From: Polyangiaceae bacterium
Lineage (GTDB): Bacteria > Myxococcota_A > Polyangia > Polyangiales > Polyangiaceae
NCBI GenBank assembly: GCA_033763455.1
Contig: JANRKO010000006.1
Location: 544,001-608,000, forward strand
Length of the DNA: 64,000 bases
Reading direction: 5' to 3'
The translations under genes and the position numbers were made by a program. Under the pieces are notes generated by a model. That model worked only from the letters and a program-made list of their open reading frames with translations, ran no database searches and had not been told where the DNA came from. This document shows, piece after piece, positions 37,433-46,424 of the stretch. Position 1 is the stretch's first letter, and every line of letters begins with the position of its first letter.

Positions 37433-39196
37433 CTACGGCAGCAAGTCCACTCTATCAGCGTACACTTCGAACTGGGCTGGCTCTTCCCCGGCTTCCAGCA
37501 CGAAGGGTGCCTCCACCACGATGCCTGAGTTGGCGGCCAATTCGGTCTCTAGCCGAACAGTGATTTCGCTGAGAACTAGAGGGGGCTCGGCGATGGGCTT
37601 CTTGTAGCTCACTGGTGTTTGGAGAGCGCGCCAGCGCAGGGCGGGGTCTTTTTGCGGGGTGTCCGCAGCGTTGTAGATGCAGGTGCGCGCTATTCGGCTC
37701 GTGTCGGAACCCTTTACCGTGGCGTCGCAGGTGCGGAGATTGCCCTGAGTCCAGAGCAGACGCTGGAGGTATGGGTTCTCGTTGTCGCGCAAGGCATCAC
37801 GGAGCTTTAGTATGGCCTCTTTGGCGCGTGGGTCGCCCAGATAGGCTAACATCATAGCGCCGTGCATGCGCACGGGGCGGTGGTTTGCTTCGAGCAGTTC
37901 GAAGAAGCGATCGGCGGGGGCTGCGCCGTCGCCACCTGGGCCGATATCCCCGGGGATAGGGTTGTCCACCTCAAATTCGGAACCTTCACCCTCCACGCGC
38001 CACTTAATGGCCTTACCAGCGCCGAGTGGACCCGCGAAGTAAACCACACGATCTTCTGTGAAGTGGCGATCTTTGCCCTTACCGTCAAAGAAACGCACCG
38101 TGAGGCTGATTTCCGAGAGGGGTTCGCTGCCGTTGTTCACGACCCCCACATCCACCAAAAGTTCGGTCTTCCTGCCGCGATTTTTGCCCTTTTCCGAGAG
38201 CGCCAAGATGCTCATGCGTTCGATGGGTTGCTGCCAGAGCGCTGAGCCCGGGCGCAGGCAACGGCAGGCTACGCCCCCAATTGCAGGGGGTTCTTTGGGA
38301 TTGTGCTGTGGCGCCACGCCACGATGGCGTTTTGATGGGAGCTGTCCGCGCGTGGGGTCCGAGTCGTTGGAGGAGCCTTGCTTTGAGCTGTTACCCTGAG
38401 GTGCTTCATCGAAAGCGGAGTCCCCCGTGCTTTCGCCGAATAGGGCTGTTTGGTTGGGGGGGATCCGCGCGGCCTCGGCTTCACTCCTCGGGCCCGTGAG
38501 GAGCCAGCGCGCTGTGAGAACGGTGGCCAAGGAGGCGGCCGTGAGCGTGATCACGATGGCGACGGTCGTTCTCGGGAGGGCTCCCTGAAATGTGGGTAGC
38601 GGTAAGGGTGTGCGCGGAAGCGGAGGCAACGAAGCGCTGCGGAATAATGCCGGAAAATGGCTTTCCAATTCGGCGAGGAAGATCAAGCGGGCGGCTTCGG
38701 AATCGATGGGCGAAAACGCGAGGCGTCGATGGGTAGTGAGGCCCAAGGTTAAGATCGCGCCCGCCCCAAACAAACAGGCCAAAATGGCCGCGGTGGGTGT
38801 AAGGGCGTTCGACTGCCAGCCTACAACGAGCGCAGCTATCCCAAAAGCAAACGCGACAGCTAGTACGGCTATGAGCAAGAGCCAACGTTGTCGCCGGAGT
38901 TCCTTTACGGCGCTAGGGACAACTGCCTGAAAATCAACGAGCGTTAACCGATTGTGAGGGGCAAGCTTCGGAGCGAATTCGATGTAAAGCTGGTTGCCTT
39001 CGGCCCGTGCTTGTGAAAGTTGGTCCCAGGGCACCAACACTTTGTGTCCCTCCGTCACGGCGCCTGGGGCGTAATCAGTCTTGAAGGCACCCACGCCGAG
39101 AAAAGAGATGTTGAGGCCTTCTCCGGTGCTTTCGAGTTCGAGAGGGCCAACCGCGTTGCTTCGCGTCGAGGCCACCGCTCTTGCGGAGAACCTCAT
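37433..39196 (-). CDS. Hypothetical membrane protein with FxLYD-like and HEAT-like segments
   Basis: 3 TM; GVVNNG...I.LTVRFFD; LAYLGDPRA. Confidence 0.6.
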   Translation of the reverse strand: MRFSARAVASTRSNAVGPLELESTGEGLNISFLGVGAFKTDYAPGAVTEGHKVLVPWDQLSQARAEGNQLYIEFAPKLAPHNRLTLVDFQAVVPSAVKELRRQRWLLLIAVLAVAFAFGIAALVVGWQSNALTPTAAILACLFGAGAILTLGLTTHRRLAFSPIDSEAARLIFLAELESHFPALFRSASLPPLPRTPLPLPTFQGALPRTTVAIVITLTAASLATVLTARWLLTGPRSEAEAARIPPNQTALFGESTGDSAFDEAPQGNSSKQGSSNDSDPTRGQLPSKRHRGVAPQHNPKEPPAIGGVACRCLRPGSALWQQPIERMSILALSEKGKNRGRKTELLVDVGVVNNGSEPLSEISLTVRFFDGKGKDRHFTEDRVVYFAGPLGAGKAIKWRVEGEGSEFEVDNPIPGDIGPGGDGAAPADRFFELLEANHRPVRMHGAMMLAYLGDPRAKEAILKLRDALRDNENPYLQRLLWTQGNLRTCDATVKGSDTSRIARTCIYNAADTPQKDPALRWRALQTPVSYKKPIAEPPLVLSEITVRLETELAANSGIVVEAPFVLEAGEEPAQFEVYADRVDLLP

Positions 39197-40035
39197 GGGA
39201 GCGTGGTGTTCACGTTCCCTGCGTGGTCCGCGAACTCGGCAATGCGTTCGACCAAGAGTTCTGCGTCGTAGTCGAGCGTGGCCACGTGGTACGAGTTCTC
39301 AAGCACGAGTTCAGACACGGCAGCGTTCGGGAGGGAGCGGGCCAAAGCTTCCGAATTGGCGGGGGAGACGGAGTGATCTTCGCGGGAGCGCACTACGAGC
39401 ACCGGAACCTTGATGGCGCCGAGGCGTTCGCGCACTTTTGGCAGGGCTTCCACGAGCGAGTGGCCGGCGAGTACCGGCATTGATTTGTACGCATGTTCGT
39501 CCATCGACGGCTTCTTGACGTCGTTACGCTTGAGCCCTGCGAGCGCTGCGGGGACGAGCGGGGAAACCTTGGCTATCCACGGTGCCAAGCTCACTGCGAT
39601 GCCCTTGCGATCTAGGATCTGTGCGTTGATGGGCACCACGCCCACCACCTTTGGCAACGCATCTGTTGCAACATCCACCGCAAGCGTTCCTCCCATAGAA
39701 AGCCCTGCCAGCACGACCGCGTCTACCTCTTGGGCCAAAGCTTCGGTGACTTTTCGCACATGGGCGCGCCACTCAGGGTAACGCGTGGTGAGCATGTCCC
39801 GAACGTCCGTGCCGTGTCCCGGAAGCCTTGGCACCTCAACGCGAAACCCGAGAGCATTGAGTGCTCTGGCGACGGGCGCCACTGAACTCGGACGCCCGGT
39901 AAAGCCGTGCATGAACACGATGCCTACTTTCGCGCGTCCGCCTTTGCCCGGAAGCGAGAGGGGATGGCCTCCTTCAGCGATTGGGTAGGCGGGTGAAGAT
40001 TCAGAAGCGAGTGTTGCGGGGGAAGCTGTGACCAC
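39193..40035 (-). CDS. Alpha/beta hydrolase (carboxylesterase/monoacylglycerol lipase-like)
   Basis: HGFTG, LPGHG, GLSMGG, DH.V, SYH. Confidence 0.9.
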   Translation of the reverse strand: MVTASPATLASESSPAYPIAEGGHPLSLPGKGGRAKVGIVFMHGFTGRPSSVAPVARALNALGFRVEVPRLPGHGTDVRDMLTTRYPEWRAHVRKVTEALAQEVDAVVLAGLSMGGTLAVDVATDALPKVVGVVPINAQILDRKGIAVSLAPWIAKVSPLVPAALAGLKRNDVKKPSMDEHAYKSMPVLAGHSLVEALPKVRERLGAIKVPVLVVRSREDHSVSPANSEALARSLPNAAVSELVLENSYHVATLDYDAELLVERIAEFADHAGNVNTTLP

Positions 40036-40050
40036 GGGGGCTCCTCAGGT

Positions 40051-41118
40051 TCAGAATAGGCGGCCCTGCTTGGGGGCGTCTAGGAAGGGAAAACCAAGAT
40101 GATCGTAGGCCTTGCGCGTTGCGATGCGGCCCCGGGGTGTGCGCCCCAGAAATCCTTGTTGGAGCAAGTACGGCTCGTAGACATCTTCGATGGTGTCGCG
40201 GGGCTCGGCCAGTGCGGCTGCCAGCGTTTCGACACCCACGGGGCCCCCTTCGTAGTGTTCGATCAAGATAGTGAGCAAGCGCCGATCCATCTCATCTAGG
40301 CCGGCTCGATCGATCTCTAGGCGTTCGCAGGTCATCTCCGCGATGCGAGCGTCGATCCGGCCGTTGCCTTCCACTTGCGCAAAATCACGCACGCGCCTGA
40401 GGATGCGATTGGCAACCCGAGGGGTTCCGCGTGATCGACTCGCGAGCACACGTGCAGCATCTTCGTCGCACGCGATGTCGAGCAAGCGGGCGCTGCGCAC
40501 GATGATCTGTTCGAGTTCGTCGTCCGAGTAGAAATCAAGCCGGAGCGTGACCCCAAAACGTTCGTGCAGGGGTTTGGTCAAAAGCCCCGTACGTGTGGTC
40601 GCTCCGATCAAGGTGAAGGGCTGAAGGGGCAGGGAGATGCTGTCGGCAAAAGCCCCGTCGCCTGTCATGACGTCCACGCGGAAGCCTTCGATCGCTGGAT
40701 AAAGCGCTTCCTCCACAGTGGCGGTCAAACGGTGGATCTCGTCGATGAACAACACGTCCGCGCGGTTTAGCCGTGTGAGGAGGCCGGTAAGCACGCCCTT
40801 ATGTTCCACGACGGGGCCACTTGTGGTTAACAAGTTCACTCCCATCTCTTTGGCCAGGATGTTCGCGAGTGTGGTCTTGCCGAGGCCAGGGGGGCCACAC
40901 AGCAAGATGTGGTCGAGTGGTTCGCCGCGCTCGCGGGCCGCTTTCACGTAGACTTTGAGGTTGGATTTGTGGCGTTCCTGCCCTACGAATTCATCGAGCG
41001 TTTCCGGACGAAAGAGACGATCGAAACGGTCGTCTTCGTTGCCACCTTGGCCATCCACCGCACGCGGGGCCGCGACGGGTGCACTCTCTTCGGAGTCGGG
41101 GCGCTTGCGGCTTGCCAT
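40051..41118 (-). CDS. ruvB: Holliday junction branch migration helicase RuvB
   Basis: GPPGLGKTTLA, FIDEIHRL, GATTR, RGTPRVANR, EPYL...RTPRGR. Confidence 0.97.
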   Translation of the reverse strand: MASRKRPDSEESAPVAAPRAVDGQGGNEDDRFDRLFRPETLDEFVGQERHKSNLKVYVKAARERGEPLDHILLCGPPGLGKTTLANILAKEMGVNLLTTSGPVVEHKGVLTGLLTRLNRADVLFIDEIHRLTATVEEALYPAIEGFRVDVMTGDGAFADSISLPLQPFTLIGATTRTGLLTKPLHERFGVTLRLDFYSDDELEQIIVRSARLLDIACDEDAARVLASRSRGTPRVANRILRRVRDFAQVEGNGRIDARIAEMTCERLEIDRAGLDEMDRRLLTILIEHYEGGPVGVETLAAALAEPRDTIEDVYEPYLLQQGFLGRTPRGRIATRKAYDHLGFPFLDAPKQGRLF

Positions 41119-41273
41119 GGCCGGGCGACCTTATAGCGCAAATGCCGGGGGCGCCACCGACCTGGGCTAAACTGCGCGGGCCCTGATGCGCGTGCGGAAA
41201 AAGGCGTGAGGAACCTGCGGCGCAGCGCCACGAGACGCGTCAGCGACCGAGAGGAGCTTCACGGACCGGAATA

Positions 41274-41295
41274 GGTACTTAGCATACAAAGTACC
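41274..41295. promoter_or_regulatory. Palindromic operator-like site GGTACTT-N8-AAGTACC
   Basis: Perfect 7-bp arms in the divergent ruvB / aldo-keto reductase intergenic region. Confidence 0.5.
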
Positions 41296-41435
41296 GTGGC
41301 CGGGCGCGACGGCGACCTCCCACACCCCTACTGGTTCACATGCATGCGATTGACCCGTCGGCGATTCACGTACGTTTGACGCGCCTCCCAATTCCCAGGC
41401 AGCCTGGCCTCCAACAAGCTCGAAGGTGAAACCTC

Positions 41436-42407
41436 ATGCGTTATCGAAAATTAGGAAAATCAGACATTTCCGTGTCCGAAATCAGCATGGGCTGCTGGAC
41501 GATGGGCGGCCTCAATTGGGTGAACGGAAACGCGAACGGCTGGGCCAACGTGGATGAAGCAGAGGTTGCTCGCGCGATTGATTTCGCGATCGACCACGGT
41601 GTGAACCACTTCGACAACGCGGACGTGTATGGCAACGGCAAAGCCGAACGCATGCTGGCCCGCATCTTGGGCGCTCGCAGCAATCGCCTGGTAATTGCGA
41701 CAAAAGTGGGACATTTCCCGGGGACTGCTGAGCATGCCTACGAGCCTCAGCACATTCGCCACCAATGCGAGCAATCACTCGTTAACCTAAAGCGGGATTA
41801 CATCGATCTCTACTATTTTCACCATGGTGATTTCGGTCCCGAAGACAGATACTTGGACCCTGCGATCCAAACGCTGCGTGACCTGAAGCGCGAGGGCAAG
41901 ATCCGTTTAATCGGGCAATCGGCGTATTCTTCTGCAGATTTCTTGCGAGTGGTGCCAAAGGTGGAGCCTGATGTGCTCCAGAGCTGGGCACACTGCTTAG
42001 ACGCCCAGTTCATCTTGCCGGGAACACCGGTGCGGCGTTTGCTCGACGAGCGGCAGATGTCTTTCGTAGCATTTTCGCCGTTGGCCCAAGGGCTGCTCCT
42101 AGGAAAGTACCAACCCGGCAAAGTGCCGGACTTTGAGCCGGGGGATCACCGTCGAGGTAGTGACCGCTTCAGCGACGAGGCGCTTGAGAAGTTGGCGCCC
42201 AAGCTTTCCCAACTTAAGGAGCGTTTTGGCGAAAGCCCTAAGGAGTTAGCCCGTGCGGCGCTCCAGTATTTGCTGGCTGTTCCTGCGGTAGCTTGCGTCA
42301 TCCCTGGCTTTCGGAACTTGGCGCAAGCTGAGATAAACGTGGGTGCAGGTGAAACGCCATTGAACGAGGCGGAAGTAGCTGCCATCACCCGGATTTTTGC
42401 TGGCTGA
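41436..42407 (+). CDS. Aldo/keto reductase
   Basis: YRKLGKS, FDNADVYG, IATK, DYIDLYYFH, FSPLAQGLL, VIPG. Confidence 0.93.
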   Translation: MRYRKLGKSDISVSEISMGCWTMGGLNWVNGNANGWANVDEAEVARAIDFAIDHGVNHFDNADVYGNGKAERMLARILGARSNRLVIATKVGHFPGTAEHAYEPQHIRHQCEQSLVNLKRDYIDLYYFHHGDFGPEDRYLDPAIQTLRDLKREGKIRLIGQSAYSSADFLRVVPKVEPDVLQSWAHCLDAQFILPGTPVRRLLDERQMSFVAFSPLAQGLLLGKYQPGKVPDFEPGDHRRGSDRFSDEALEKLAPKLSQLKERFGESPKELARAALQYLLAVPAVACVIPGFRNLAQAEINVGAGETPLNEAEVAAITRIFAG

Positions 42408-42416
42408 GCCGCGGGC

Positions 42417-44285
42417 CTAACGGACTTCGCGAAAAGCATCAAGTGTGGGTAGCGTCACCGAGAAATAGGCGCCGATAGGCTTCTGTTCGCGCACGGCAAC
42501 CGTTCCGTGGTGCAATTCGACGACGGAACGGGCAACTCGGAGCCCTAGCGCCAGGCCCCGGTGTTCGCCCACGCCTGGTTGTTTGCTTGGATCAAGCACG
42601 GCCAATAGCTTCTTGCGAGTGAGCCCCGCTTCGGGGATTTCAATGTCCATGCGGATCCGATCGTGAGTCACGCGGACAACATGGACGCGTACGATGGGGC
42701 CCTTGGCTGTGCGGATAGCGTAGCCGATGAAGGTGCCTAGAGCGCGTGGCAAGCGGATTCTGTCGATCAGCATTTGAGGGCGCTCTTTGGGGAGGGCCGT
42801 GACGATCTCCACTTTGCTTTCACCGCCGAGATAACGTCCGATTTCGTTGGATTGCTCCACCATGGCGTCGATCTCAGCGACTTCTGGCAGTAGGGTTAGA
42901 AGGCCCGCCTCTACACGCGCGGCGTCGAGGATGGTTTCAATGAGCGCCAGGAGTTCCTTGCCGCGCCTTTCGATTACTCCGAGGCTTTCTGCTTGGGCTT
43001 GGCTTATGACGTCCGTCTGGCGCACCAATTCGGTGAAGCCCAAAATGGCGTTGAGGGGGCTCTTCAGATCGTGGCTCACGCTCGCGAAGAATAGGCCACG
43101 CATTTTGGCCGCGCGCTCCCTGGCGTCGATGGCTCGTTCTTGCGCGCGCGAGAATTGTCGAAACCTTGCGGCGAGCTCTTCGATGCTGTCGCCGAGCTCG
43201 GAGATGGCTGTAAAGGTTGCTTTTTGGAAAGCCGCTGGGTAGTTGCTGGGGAGAGTTTCGGTACCGAGTAGGCGCACTCGCCGAGCGACGAGCACGAGAT
43301 CGCGCCGCAAAATGTGTCCAAGGGCCAGGCCAGCGGCGGCGGCAGCGAGGACCGCTCCTAACGACAAGAGGAGAGTGTTTTCGCTTAATGCGCGAACCGA
43401 TGAACTCTTGAAGCGAACCTCAGCGCCACCGTGATCCAAAGGGGTCGTGAGCAGAACGAGGCTGTCCTGTCCGCGCTTGATGGAGTACGCTGTCCGCCCT
43501 TCCAACATTTGGGCGGAGAAACCGAGAGAGCGTGCGCGCAGAAGGGCGGGGTTTAGGCCCGCGGCGGGTACGACGCCAGGGCTTTCCTCGAGCACTGAGC
43601 GGGCAAAAGCGCGAGCAGTTTCTTCGCGCGCCAATTCGTCCGCTCGGCGAAGGTGTGCGTTGACGATCAAGGCCGCGCCCAGGGAAAGTACGCCTACGGG
43701 GGTGAGCACTGCTGCGAGCAAGCGTCGCGCCACGTGCTGACGAACGTACCCGTCGTGCTCGGCGAGCTCGGCGAGGTCGCGCATGGCCGCAGGCGGTGAA
43801 AGCTCAAGCGCGCGCAGCACATTCAAGCGGAGCAGGAGAAATAGGGGCAAGGAGACCGTCGAGATCATGATGACCCCGAGCAGCGACAGCGTAATGCCAG
43901 ACGCCAGATCTAAGACATCTGGGCGCCACAGCGTAACGCTCAAGACGGCGCCAGCGGTGGAGGGTAGAACCCAAGCCCAAACAAGTCGCGCAGGCTCATC
44001 ACTCAGCCTGCCGAGATCGTCAGCTTCGATCGATGTGGATTGTAAGGCTAGTGCACGGAGCACGAAGCGATAGCGGCGAAGCCTCAGGAAATTCCAACAA
44101 ATGGCGACAAGGCCGCCGGCTACAAGCCCCAGGGAAAGGGCGACGGCGCCGTACACCGAGGGCGCACCCTGAAGCAGCACGAGATGTGAAGACAAAAGAG
44201 CCACAAGTCCGCTTGCCGAGAGTGAGGCAAGCAGCTGCCAGGCTAAGACCCGCCGGACTAAACGTTGGGCGTTAGAGAGCATCAA
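42417..44285 (-). CDS. Multi-TM histidine kinase-like protein with degenerate ATP-binding domain
   Basis: H-box SHDLKSPLNAILGF intact; N box (LGTFIGYAIR) and G1 box (DIEIPEAGL) degenerate. Confidence 0.8.
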   Translation of the reverse strand: MMLSNAQRLVRRVLAWQLLASLSASGLVALLSSHLVLLQGAPSVYGAVALSLGLVAGGLVAICWNFLRLRRYRFVLRALALQSTSIEADDLGRLSDEPARLVWAWVLPSTAGAVLSVTLWRPDVLDLASGITLSLLGVIMISTVSLPLFLLLRLNVLRALELSPPAAMRDLAELAEHDGYVRQHVARRLLAAVLTPVGVLSLGAALIVNAHLRRADELAREETARAFARSVLEESPGVVPAAGLNPALLRARSLGFSAQMLEGRTAYSIKRGQDSLVLLTTPLDHGGAEVRFKSSSVRALSENTLLLSLGAVLAAAAAGLALGHILRRDLVLVARRVRLLGTETLPSNYPAAFQKATFTAISELGDSIEELAARFRQFSRAQERAIDARERAAKMRGLFFASVSHDLKSPLNAILGFTELVRQTDVISQAQAESLGVIERRGKELLALIETILDAARVEAGLLTLLPEVAEIDAMVEQSNEIGRYLGGESKVEIVTALPKERPQMLIDRIRLPRALGTFIGYAIRTAKGPIVRVHVVRVTHDRIRMDIEIPEAGLTRKKLLAVLDPSKQPGVGEHRGLALGLRVARSVVELHHGTVAVREQKPIGAYFSVTLPTLDAFREVR

Positions 44286-45778
44286 AACCCCGGCAAACGG
44301 TGGCGGGAGCTCGCCGTGAGGATGGGGGGGATCTCCGGGGGCATGTCTTTGGCGTCGGGGGGAAGTCGCGGCAGAAGCACGGCAAAGCTTGAACCCACGC
44401 CGAGTTCGCTTTGTAGGCCAATGGAGCCGCCATGCATCTGAACCAGGCGCCGGGTAATAGCTAAGCCGAGGCCCGTTCCGACGCGTTGCGTGCTCACTTC
44501 ACCCGACTGCCGGTACTCCTCAAAAATAGACTCCTGCTCGGAGCGGGGGATGCCGGGGCCCGTGTCGGTAACCAACAAACCGACGTACGCATCCCGGGGC
44601 TCCACACTCACGACCACATGACCGCCGCTGGTAAACTTTACCGCGTTGCCAACGATGTTAGTGAGGATCTGGCGCACGCGCCGCGGATCGACTCTCGCGG
44701 TAGCGGTGCTGCCGAGAAGTACGAGAGCCAGCCCTTTTTTAGCAGCTGCCGCTTGTAGTTCTTTTACCACTTCGGCGGCGATCGTGTAGACGTCCGAGTC
44801 CTGACGGCTAAGGCGAAGTTCCCCTGATTCGAGCGCTGAGAGATCCAAGATGTCATCGATAAGCGCAGCCAGGTGCTCGCCGCTGCTACGAACCTGCGCG
44901 AGGTTTTCGGTTGCATCCAAGCTGAGCGGACCATCTACCTCACTCAGCAAAATGTCGGTGAATCCGAGAATGGCGTTGAGTGGGGTGCGAAGTTCGTGGC
45001 TCAGAGCTGCGACGAACGCACTGCGATCTTTGTCGTAGGCGAGCGCTCCGTCCAAATCTTGACCGTAAGCGCGTTCGGCGGCCTCAAATCGATCCACGAC
45101 GATATTGAATGCATTGGTGAGCAACCCCACTTCATCGATAGCGCGAACCGGGATTACTTTCCCCGATGGTGCAGCTCCTTCCCGCGCCATTTCCGCGATT
45201 CGGGCACGCATGTAGGTAACGTCAGCGCGAACGTCGCGTGCAAACGTGAAACCAACAAGCGCCGAAACACCCACGAGGATGGCCGTGAGCGTGGCGAGGG
45301 AGGTGATGAGCGAGCGGGTTGTAACTGGAGTTTCCGGGGCCGGAACAAACGCAATGAGGGAAAGATGAGTAAGTGGCTGAGGTAGGGGATGTGCGTAGTA
45401 GCGCGTGCGACCGAGTTTGGTGGCGGTTTGCCCGGCTCCAGCGATGAGGAGTGACTCTATCTGGCTTCTACTGGGAGCGGAGAGAGCGGCATCCACCACG
45501 ATTGCGCCGTCCTGACGTACGAGCAGCATGTCCGTGCCGGAACGTCGCGTAGCGCGTTCGAGAAACACCCGCCGGTCCTCTTCGGGCGTCGCGCGTAGGC
45601 GTTCAACCAGTGTTTCAACCAGGAGCTGTGCACGCAGGGCCGCGGCGTTGTCGCTCTGGGCTACCAAGTCCCGCACGCCCAAGGCCCCAATGGCGAGCGC
45701 CGTGCAAAGGCCCAAGAGCACCACTATCGCCGGCGCGATCACGACAAACGAAAGGCGGATGCGAGCGAATCTACGCAT
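44282..45778 (-). CDS. Sensor histidine kinase
   Basis: 2 TM, HAMP-like, SHELRTPLNAI, NIVGNAVKF, DTGPG, GTGLGL. Confidence 0.93.
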   Translation of the reverse strand: MRRFARIRLSFVVIAPAIVVLLGLCTALAIGALGVRDLVAQSDNAAALRAQLLVETLVERLRATPEEDRRVFLERATRRSGTDMLLVRQDGAIVVDAALSAPSRSQIESLLIAGAGQTATKLGRTRYYAHPLPQPLTHLSLIAFVPAPETPVTTRSLITSLATLTAILVGVSALVGFTFARDVRADVTYMRARIAEMAREGAAPSGKVIPVRAIDEVGLLTNAFNIVVDRFEAAERAYGQDLDGALAYDKDRSAFVAALSHELRTPLNAILGFTDILLSEVDGPLSLDATENLAQVRSSGEHLAALIDDILDLSALESGELRLSRQDSDVYTIAAEVVKELQAAAAKKGLALVLLGSTATARVDPRRVRQILTNIVGNAVKFTSGGHVVVSVEPRDAYVGLLVTDTGPGIPRSEQESIFEEYRQSGEVSTQRVGTGLGLAITRRLVQMHGGSIGLQSELGVGSSFAVLLPRLPPDAKDMPPEIPPILTASSRHRLPGF

Positions 45779-46424
45779 CGTTCGGATCTACGGCCAGCTT
45801 GCCAAACACGGCGTGATCTAGCCAACGCGAGCTCACGAATTCGGCTTGGCGTGCGATGCCTTCAAACCGAAAACCGAGGCGCGATATCACTCGAAGGCTT
45901 GGGTAATTGTCAGTTGCCGCCGCGCAGCGAATGCGGTGCATGCCCATGCGCATGAAAGCGAAGTCGATACACGCGGAAGCTGCCTCGGTCATAATGCCTT
46001 TTCCGGTTACTGTCCGCTTGAGCCAGTAGCCTAGCTCCGACGAGCGGTGCAGGTGCACGCAGGCATCGAGCCCCACAATCCCCAGAAAGTCGGAAGTTGC
46101 GTGGTCGCGTATGGAAAAACGCACGGCGCGGCCAAGGTCCCAATCGTGAGCGCATGCGTCGGCGAAACGCCCACTGGCCTCGGGGGTGTTGTTGAAAGGC
46201 ACCCACGGCAACCAGCGCTCCAGGTGCCAGCGCGAACTTTCAATAGCTTCCCAGAGCTCGGGTGCATCCGCCTTCTCGACAGGAGCGAGCCTGAGGCGCC
46301 GAGTCGTGAGCGGGCGGCGCTTGAGGGACATCCGCGACGGGATCGAGAGGCCAACGGGGACCTCTGCAACGGCGTTCGCCTCGAACGCCGCTCGAAATCC
46401 GCCGCTGTCGTCTTTTACTGACAT
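45771..46424 (-). CDS. GNAT N-acetyltransferase (RimJ/RimL family)
   Basis: WLPW, ELGYWL....GKGIMTEA, N..S..V..RLGFRFEG. Confidence 0.9.
   Translation of the reverse strand: MSVKDDSGGFRAAFEANAVAEVPVGLSIPSRMSLKRRPLTTRRLRLAPVEKADAPELWEAIESSRWHLERWLPWVPFNNTPEASGRFADACAHDWDLGRAVRFSIRDHATSDFLGIVGLDACVHLHRSSELGYWLKRTVTGKGIMTEAASACIDFAFMRMGMHRIRCAAATDNYPSLRVISRLGFRFEGIARQAEFVSSRWLDHAVFGKLAVDPNDA

Noticed and set aside
41232..41387. Retron msr-msd
   Set aside because: Flanking inverted repeat present but no reverse transcriptase nearby and no long msd hairpin
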